This document shows, piece by piece, positions 1 to 5,818 of a stretch of 34,917 nucleotides of DNA. The DNA comes from a bacterium (lineage in GTDB: Bacteria > Patescibacteriota > Saccharimonadia > Saccharimonadales > Saccharimonadaceae). The stretch is from positions 1 to 34,917 of the forward strand of contig JAKDMF010000001.1 in NCBI GenBank assembly GCA_030452455.1. Reading direction: 5' to 3'. Numbering within the stretch: position 1 is the first letter of the stretch; each line of letters starts with the position of its first letter. A model generated the notes under the pieces. The model worked only from the letters and a program-made list of their open reading frames with translations. It searched no databases and was not told the origin of the DNA. The position numbers and the translations under genes are program-made.

Positions 1-25
1 ACAGCAGTAGCCTTTGAGTGAAGAG

Positions 26-47
26 AAACGAGCTGGCTCGTTTTATT
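26..47 (+). terminator. Terminator-like hairpin closing an off-window upstream gene
   Basis: Inverted repeat aaacgagc (26-33) / gctcgttt (36-43), followed by the T-rich ttatt. It lies just upstream of the promoter box at 74-82. Confidence 0.4.
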
Positions 48-73
48 CCGAGAATGCGCCCTGATGAAACTAA

Positions 74-82
74 TGGTATAAT
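74..82 (+). promoter_or_regulatory. Extended -10 promoter TGGTATAAT, 6 nt upstream of the ATG at 89 (leaderless configuration)
   Basis: TGGTATAAT occupies 74-82 and the spacer acgtat 83-88. The ATG is at 89 and no Shine-Dalgarno (SD) sequence is possible. Confidence 0.55.
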
Positions 83-88
83 ACGTAT

Positions 89-337
89 ATGGCAATGTTT
101 CTACGACAAGACGACAATAGAACTGAACTACAAAAGCGACTGGCACAGGAGTTAACTGACAAGTCGAAGCTTAAGGACAAGCCCGACCTGAGCGACGCCA
201 AGCGCCCGGACGGGGTTGATGATTCGGCCTATATGAAAGACTACAAACAAACAACTAGTTTGGCCTGGGTCTGGATACTTATTGTAGTCGCCGTCGTAGC
301 ACTTATGATATGGCTCCTAATAAAAACCACAGTTTAA
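89..337 (+). CDS. Small tail-anchored membrane protein, unknown function
   Basis: 82-aa ORF with a charged N-terminal ~55 aa and one strong C-terminal TM helix (LAWVWILIVVAVVALMIWLLI). The -10 box is positioned for a leaderless start. The ORF stops 7 nt before pheS. Confidence 0.5.
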   Translation: MAMFLRQDDNRTELQKRLAQELTDKSKLKDKPDLSDAKRPDGVDDSAYMKDYKQTTSLAWVWILIVVAVVALMIWLLIKTTV

Positions 338-344
338 TAAAATC

Positions 345-1388
345 ATGGCAGATATAGATAGTGTACTAAATAAATTACTTGACGAGGCTCGCTCAGCTGA
401 TGAGCCGGCCGCAGTCCTAAAAAGCCCTGAACTCAAGGCTCTTTACAAGCAAATAGGTTCAATCGATCCCACCGAAAGAGCTGACTATGGCCGTCGGCTA
501 AACGACGCCAAAACCGAGCTTGAGCGGGTTGTCGCCGAGCGACTGGCTGAAATGACTGATGAATCTGTCGCGACGATCGACATCACGGCTCCATTCGACA
601 AGAACTCCGGCCGGCCAGATCTTTTACCGACTGACCAAGGCTCAATCCATCCATTGATGCAAGAAGTCGAAAAAGTTAGTGATATCTTTGGCCGAATGGG
701 ATTTCAGATCGAGCAGTCGCGTGAGCTAGATGATCAGTTTCACATGTTCGAAAGTCTTAATTTTCCCAAAGATCACCCGGCTCGTGATGACTACGATACA
801 TTCATGACCAAAGAAGCCGACGCCAATGGCGAAGCTTTGATTGCACCAGCTCATACCTCGACGATGCAATACAGAACTCTTAAAAAATACAAACATAAGC
901 TTGAAAATGGTGAACCGATTGCCGCGATCGTACCGGATCGCGTCTTTCGTAACGAAGATGTCGACGCTCGACACGAGCATACCTTTTACCAAGTCGAAGG
1001 CATCTACGTTTCCCGGGGCGTAAACGCTGGTATGTTGATAGCAACGCTTCAGAAGTTCCTAGAAGAGTACTATGGCAAGAAGCTTGAAGTCCGGGTAAAT
1101 CCGTTTTACTTTCCGTTTACCGAACCGAGCTTTGAGTTTGCTCTAAGTTGTCCGTTTTGTGGGGGTCAAAATACTGACTGTAAAGTTTGCTCCGGCGAAG
1201 GCTGGATTGAGCTACTCGGTTGTGGCATGATTCATCCCAACGTCTTGAAGCACGCTGATATTGACCCGAATGAGTACACTGGTTTTGCCTTTGGTTGCGG
1301 TATCGATCGATTAGTTATGATGAAGTATGGCATCGAAGATGTTCGCCATTTTCATAGCGGTAAATTAGACTTTCTGAAACAGTTCTAG
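345..1388 (+). CDS. pheS: Phenylalanine--tRNA ligase alpha subunit
   Basis: 347 aa. Class II aaRS motifs FPFTEPS, GWIELLGCGMIHPNVL and GFAFGCGIDRLVMMKYG are present, as is the Cys-rich knuckle CPFCGG..CKVCSG seen in Gram-positive-type PheS. Confidence 0.95.
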   Translation: MADIDSVLNKLLDEARSADEPAAVLKSPELKALYKQIGSIDPTERADYGRRLNDAKTELERVVAERLAEMTDESVATIDITAPFDKNSGRPDLLPTDQGSIHPLMQEVEKVSDIFGRMGFQIEQSRELDDQFHMFESLNFPKDHPARDDYDTFMTKEADANGEALIAPAHTSTMQYRTLKKYKHKLENGEPIAAIVPDRVFRNEDVDARHEHTFYQVEGIYVSRGVNAGMLIATLQKFLEEYYGKKLEVRVNPFYFPFTEPSFEFALSCPFCGGQNTDCKVCSGEGWIELLGCGMIHPNVLKHADIDPNEYTGFAFGCGIDRLVMMKYGIEDVRHFHSGKLDFLKQF

Positions 1389-1954
1389 ACTCGATAGATA
1401 AATTTCGTAACTCGGTTGCGGATACCACCGAACCCACTAACGATCGGCGGGACACCATCATCGGACTCTAGGCCGACTAGCAGGCAGGTGGCGAAGTAGG
1501 CTGGACCCATTAATATATATGAGGTCACCATCCAAGCTGGCGCGTGCAAACAGTCGCAAATCGCCAGCCCCGGATAGGCCACAGTGGCTATATTAACGAT
1601 ACCAAAAAAGTGATAGCCAAGCGTTTCCGCCACTAGTAACACTGGTATGTACATTGCCGTGAATAGTAGAAACTGCTTCCACCATTTATTAACTTTTAGT
1701 GCCCGGCGCAGGACTCTAAATAATAGATAGCCGGCAAATAGTCCCATTATCCAGGCAAACAGGCTAAATAGATTAACCCCAAAGATGGTCGTTACGGCAC
1801 TATTATAGTTATATTCCGCGTGAGATATAATCATCCAGATGCAGCCAAAGAAAGCAGCTACCAGTAAATGTTTTAGTAGATTACGTTTACGCACAAATTC
1901 AAGCACGATGACCGTGGCGACGAATAATATTATTAGGATAAATTCTTTGCTCAT
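1385..1954 (-). CDS. Polytopic integral membrane protein (about 5-6 TM), unknown function
   Basis: 189-aa ORF with repeated hydrophobic helices. It is convergent with pheS, and the two stop codons share the palindrome CTAG at 1385-1388. I recognise no family. Confidence 0.55.
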   Translation of the reverse strand: MSKEFILIILFVATVIVLEFVRKRNLLKHLLVAAFFGCIWMIISHAEYNYNSAVTTIFGVNLFSLFAWIMGLFAGYLLFRVLRRALKVNKWWKQFLLFTAMYIPVLLVAETLGYHFFGIVNIATVAYPGLAICDCLHAPAWMVTSYILMGPAYFATCLLVGLESDDGVPPIVSGFGGIRNRVTKFIYRV

Positions 1955-2057
1955 ATGTATGACTTTCTAGGCCAGCCTACAGCTGCTTGTGCTTATTATA
2001 CTATGGATTTCAAGTAGCGCCTGACATATACGATGATTATAAAACATCAACTTACGA

Positions 2058-2086
2058 TTGACATCGGCGCAAATTTAATAGATTAT
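2058..2086 (+). promoter_or_regulatory. Sigma70-type promoter TTGACA-17 nt-GATTAT for the AAA+ cassette
   Basis: TTGACA lies at 2058-2063, a 17-nt spacer follows, and GATTAT lies at 2081-2086. Downstream are SD GAGGAGAG at 2104-2111 and the ATG at 2117. Confidence 0.5.
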
Positions 2087-2116
2087 AGCTTGTAACATAT
2101 ATCGAGGAGAGATGGC

Positions 2117-3376
2117 ATGCGTGATGAGGCGAAGTTTCTAGAAATATCTAATCCTAAAAACGAGGAGCAAGATAGGCTGCTGTCAGAACGCGAAAACGCC
2201 ATTAGCCAAATCGGTGGTATAGCCCTCGAAGGTTTGGCCAGAATAGACAAGCCGGAGTCTCATTTTCTCTCGGAGCAAGCCGAGCAGGTCAAAGAGCTAG
2301 TCGCCGGCCACGACGAGGACATAGACTCAATTATGAATGCGATCAGCGGTCAGGCATTTCGTGATTCATCCGAACCATATTCGATGCTTATAACTGGACC
2401 AGAAGGATCGGGTAAGACCGAAACCGCCCAAGCAATCTCTGAGGTGCTAGCGGAGGGAAAGCATATCCGAGTCGACTGCTCAATGTTCCGACCGGGAACA
2501 GATCCTGCCGCTGTCATGGCGATTAGCTTCATCGAGGGCCAGGGTAATTTCAATTTAAAAACTGGAGATCCAGCCGAAGACTCAGACGAGACAGACGGAG
2601 TTCCAGACGTAGTGATATTTGAAAATATTGAAACAGCCGACCAATCTTTCCATGACTATCTGTCTAGTGGCGCCATGAAAGATGGTAAATTCGTCATAAC
2701 TACTACCCAGGGCATGACAGCGATAACTGTATCAGACAGTCTATTTATATTTACTAGCCGGCTAGGAACCGGAGCTTATAGCGGCAGTGCGGGCTATAAA
2801 ATGAATGCTGGCATGTATCCAAAAACTGAGTCCGGCCACATGTCAAAAGCCGAAATTAAAGACGAATCTGATAAACAGATGAGCAAGATATTCGATGATG
2901 ATTTTCAGGATATGATCGGCCACAGGGTTTACTACGAATCACTTAGTGATGCTGATCTTGGCGACGTGCTGAGTAATTATGTGGCTAACTACGAGGGTTA
3001 CCAAAGGTACGGCATTGAGGTAAACCTACCAGACGAAATACGTGACGAGATCGTTAAAAGCGTCAACGAGAAAAAACGCAACGCTACGACAGTAGTCCGC
3101 CAATATAAAAGACTTATCGAACCTGACATATCGCGGATGGCGGCAAGCGGTAATATACCAAGCAATCACCAGGTGTTTATTGTTAAGGACGAAAACGGTG
3201 AATATGCGTGCTTCGGTAAACCGGATACTAATAAGTTAATCAATGAGCTCAATGTCGTCCGCAGCCAGTTCTACCCGCTTATTAATCGTGAAGAAGATTT
3301 AATCCAAGCTCTAGAAGACCAAGGCGTTGGATTTGACGAAAAAGGTAACCCAGTGCTGGATGAAGACTCGGTCTAG
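2117..3376 (+). CDS. Stand-alone Clp/Hsp100 D2-type AAA+ protein with degenerate catalytic motifs (likely a non-hydrolysing paralog)
   Basis: 419 aa, collinear with the next gene and with the D2 ring plus small domain of ClpB/ClpA/ClpC. Walker A GPEGSGKT is intact. The Walker B position reads VVIFEN (DE to EN, nt 2621-2626). Sensor-1 N is replaced by R (FTSRLG). The GYVG pore loop is replaced by EGQG. FRPEF..NR becomes FDDDF..DM. The sensor-2 Arg is replaced by Thr (NATTV). Confidence 0.8.
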   Translation: MRDEAKFLEISNPKNEEQDRLLSERENAISQIGGIALEGLARIDKPESHFLSEQAEQVKELVAGHDEDIDSIMNAISGQAFRDSSEPYSMLITGPEGSGKTETAQAISEVLAEGKHIRVDCSMFRPGTDPAAVMAISFIEGQGNFNLKTGDPAEDSDETDGVPDVVIFENIETADQSFHDYLSSGAMKDGKFVITTTQGMTAITVSDSLFIFTSRLGTGAYSGSAGYKMNAGMYPKTESGHMSKAEIKDESDKQMSKIFDDDFQDMIGHRVYYESLSDADLGDVLSNYVANYEGYQRYGIEVNLPDEIRDEIVKSVNEKKRNATTVVRQYKRLIEPDISRMAASGNIPSNHQVFIVKDENGEYACFGKPDTNKLINELNVVRSQFYPLINREEDLIQALEDQGVGFDEKGNPVLDEDSV

Positions 3377-3450
3377 TAGCTAGTCCGGGCCGATGCGCTA
3401 CAAAGTAGCATATTTGAAAATTAAAGAGTGATCAAGCTAGGAGTAGTAGT

Positions 3451-4977
3451 ATGGCTAATGCGCGTAATATAGAATCAGTAAATCATAAATTTCCACAGTT
3501 TTTGGCTAGCCCCGATGGACTGCCGGAAATGGAAAATCTAACCATGGCTGAGCGCAGGCGCCGACTCGGTGCCGGCGCACTCAAAAGTTTTGTACGAGCT
3601 GAGCAGTTAGAGCAAAGCCCTTTGCAGAATATCGAGAACACCCTAAAAAGTAAGTTGGTGGGACAAGACAAGGCCGTTGATGCGATTGTCGAAGCCTTGA
3701 CGCGTGAATCATTGCAAAACCCGAATCAGCCAATCGCTAATTTTATGTTTCTTGGTCCGTCTGGTGTCGGCAAGACCGAGACTGCCAAAATACTGGCTAA
3801 TCTAATTCATGAAGGCAACGATGAAGACTTTGATAATCTGATAAGAATCGACTGCTCGGACTACAAGGGCGGACACGAAATAGCTAACCTAACCGGCTCA
3901 CCCCTAGGTTACGTCGGCAGTGACAAAACACCTAAACTATCACGCTCGGCCGTTGAAGGCGGTGGCGGCAAGACAGTTATATTGTTTGACGAAATCGAAA
4001 AAGGCTCGACTGAACTATACGACCTGATGCTCCATATCATGGATGACGGAACACTTGAGACTATGGGAGAGACAAGCGAAAAAGTCTCTTTTAGTAACAG
4101 TATTATCATCATGACTAGTAATCTTGGCTCGGAAGAGATCAATCGGATCACCAGTGGTAAATCGACTGGTTTTAGTCCAAACGTCGACTCAAGCAAGGCT
4201 AATATTTCAGACAAGCAAATCGAAATCTCAGCCATGGATGCCATGGGCAAGATATTCCGACCCGAATTTATAAACCGAATCAGTAAAAACGTTATATACA
4301 ATGGATTTAACGATGAGCAACTTGGTGATATCGTCGACGTTCGAATCGACCGTGAAAACGAACGTTATCGTGATCATGGCTACAACTTGACTATTTCAGA
4401 GGCTCTGCGCGATCATGTGGTTAATATGACCGAGGACCGCCGTCAGTACAATGCCCGTACTGTGCTGCGTAATTACGAAAAGACCGTAGAGTCTGGCCTT
4501 GCCGAGCACTATATGGCTGGCACTATCCCAGTTGGTAGTGAGGTCTACGCCGACTTAACAGAGGCTGGCGATGCTACCTTCATGTATTCACGCAGCCCAG
4601 CTCTGGAGTATCAAGCTGGAGTTATGGCGCAAGCGCGTGATCAAAAGCGCTTGCAGGCTAAAGCCGAAATTGCCCGTAACCAAGCTTCACGGAATCAGGC
4701 TGAAGCTGAGGACTCGGAGTACGAGGAGTCGAGCTATAGCCAGTGGACTATCCACGGCGAGGCTGCAATCATCGGCACTCGTGTCATTACCGATTCTTTC
4801 TCGCTGGAGGAGATGTATGATGACGGAGAGATATCAGCAGTTCTAGCCTTTGATGTTGCTCGAGAAATGGGCTGGCTTAATGATAAATTATGGGTTTTGG
4901 ATAATGATAACCCCGAGTCCGACAAGAATTCTACGAACACCGATAAAGATGATAGCTCAACCGGAGAATCTGACTAA
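3451..4977 (+). CDS. Stand-alone ClpA/ClpB/ClpC D2-type AAA+ ATPase with all catalytic motifs intact
   Basis: 508 aa with Walker A FLGPSGVGKTE, Walker B ILFDEIEK, pore loop GYVG, sensor-1 MTSNLG, FRPEFINRI and sensor-2 NARTVLR. There is no N-domain, D1 ring or M-domain. About 130 aa form an acidic C-terminal extension. SD AGGAG is at 3439-3443. Confidence 0.85.
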   Translation: MANARNIESVNHKFPQFLASPDGLPEMENLTMAERRRRLGAGALKSFVRAEQLEQSPLQNIENTLKSKLVGQDKAVDAIVEALTRESLQNPNQPIANFMFLGPSGVGKTETAKILANLIHEGNDEDFDNLIRIDCSDYKGGHEIANLTGSPLGYVGSDKTPKLSRSAVEGGGGKTVILFDEIEKGSTELYDLMLHIMDDGTLETMGETSEKVSFSNSIIIMTSNLGSEEINRITSGKSTGFSPNVDSSKANISDKQIEISAMDAMGKIFRPEFINRISKNVIYNGFNDEQLGDIVDVRIDRENERYRDHGYNLTISEALRDHVVNMTEDRRQYNARTVLRNYEKTVESGLAEHYMAGTIPVGSEVYADLTEAGDATFMYSRSPALEYQAGVMAQARDQKRLQAKAEIARNQASRNQAEAEDSEYEESSYSQWTIHGEAAIIGTRVITDSFSLEEMYDDGEISAVLAFDVAREMGWLNDKLWVLDNDNPESDKNSTNTDKDDSSTGESD

Positions 4978-5020
4978 TATAAAATAAGTTGCAATGCACG
5001 CAGCTTTTGTAGTAAGGTGG

Positions 5021-5029
5021 TGTTAAAAT
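5021..5029 (+). promoter_or_regulatory. Candidate extended -10 box TGTTAAAAT upstream of the 231-aa ORF
   Basis: TGTTAAAAT lies at 5021-5029, about 28 nt before the ATG at 5057. Confidence 0.35.
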
Positions 5030-5056
5030 AATACCCCAGGAAATGTAGCAATAACC

Positions 5057-5752
5057 ATGGAAAATTTATCAAAGAATTTAACAAACGGTGATGATCCAAT
5101 CATAGAGATAATGCCTCGCATTGAAGGCGCGCAGATTGAAGAGGTCGGCAACTATATTATCGATGTACTGGGCTCGGACAGATCGAACGAAGAACGTACT
5201 ATGCACGAAGCCGAGTGGTGTGACGAGCAGGACAGTAAGTATCGTCTCAAGCGCTACGTTCAAGATGATTCAGTCCGCCTTTCTCTTGATGTATATAAAT
5301 CCTTACAAAATGATGAGCCTTTTTTGAGTCTGTCTTATGTCAACAAGAACGGGAAATATGATGCCTGTATTTTTGACCCTGAAGCAACCGAGCGAAAAAG
5401 GCTAGCTGTCGATAAGTCAGTCGCACGACAGGAAATTCTTGAGAATCTAGCTACGTCGGGGCTTGTTTCGATCGAAAAAGCTACAACTGAGGCGGAGGAC
5501 GCTAAGTACTGGGACATTGCACTGGCTTCAATCGCCGAAAGACAAGACGTACTCTGGGCGACAAAGCGTGGTCAGGACTCACCGGTTAATCAGTCAAGCG
5601 AGCATATCTACGATGAAGTCAGGGAGGTGATTGAGAAAATTGAACCCGACCTACCGATGCGAGCTGTTAATCGGATAATCGACCAAGCGCTGGCGCAAGT
5701 TTATCCAAACGATCTACCAGAGCTACCGCCAGCTAGCAGTGACGCAATTTAG
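5057..5752 (+). CDS. Acidic hypothetical protein, last gene of the pheS-pheT intervening cassette
   Basis: 231-aa ORF on the same strand, directly after the two AAA+ genes. It is D/E-rich, has no TM segment and carries no motif I recognise. Its SD is weak (AGGAAA). Confidence 0.5.
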   Translation: MENLSKNLTNGDDPIIEIMPRIEGAQIEEVGNYIIDVLGSDRSNEERTMHEAEWCDEQDSKYRLKRYVQDDSVRLSLDVYKSLQNDEPFLSLSYVNKNGKYDACIFDPEATERKRLAVDKSVARQEILENLATSGLVSIEKATTEAEDAKYWDIALASIAERQDVLWATKRGQDSPVNQSSEHIYDEVREVIEKIEPDLPMRAVNRIIDQALAQVYPNDLPELPPASSDAI

Positions 5753-5798
5753 TCGATCTATCCGACCATAAGTTTATTGCACCTCATACCGTAACATC

Positions 5799-5807
5799 TG
5801 CTATACT
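5799..5807 (+). promoter_or_regulatory. Extended -10 box TGCTATACT dedicated to pheT
   Basis: TGCTATACT lies at 5799-5807, with the ATG 11 nt downstream at 5819 and no SD. This implies pheT is transcribed independently of pheS. Confidence 0.45.
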
Positions 5808-5818
5808 TATTATCAGAT

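Noticed and set aside
1-88. A T-box riboswitch, leader-peptide attenuator or rplT/infC context upstream of pheS.
   Set aside because: Only a short hairpin and a -10 box are present. There is no specifier-loop or T-box consensus, no Phe-rich leader peptide, and too little sequence for such an element.
3909-4301. A 130-aa ORF antisense to the intact AAA+ ATPase. Similar antisense ORFs occur at 2350-2553, 3483-3671 and 4734-4940.
   Set aside because: These lie opposite conserved AAA+ motifs and have a Ser/Leu/Ile-rich shadow-frame composition. There is no independent expression signal.
1955-5818. Mobile-element hallmarks for the pheS-pheT cassette: direct or inverted terminal repeats, att sites, integrase, transposase.
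   Set aside because: No recombinase gene is present and I found no flanking repeats by eye. Base composition looks similar to the flanks. This needs a computed self-alignment to exclude short repeats, so I make no mobility claim.
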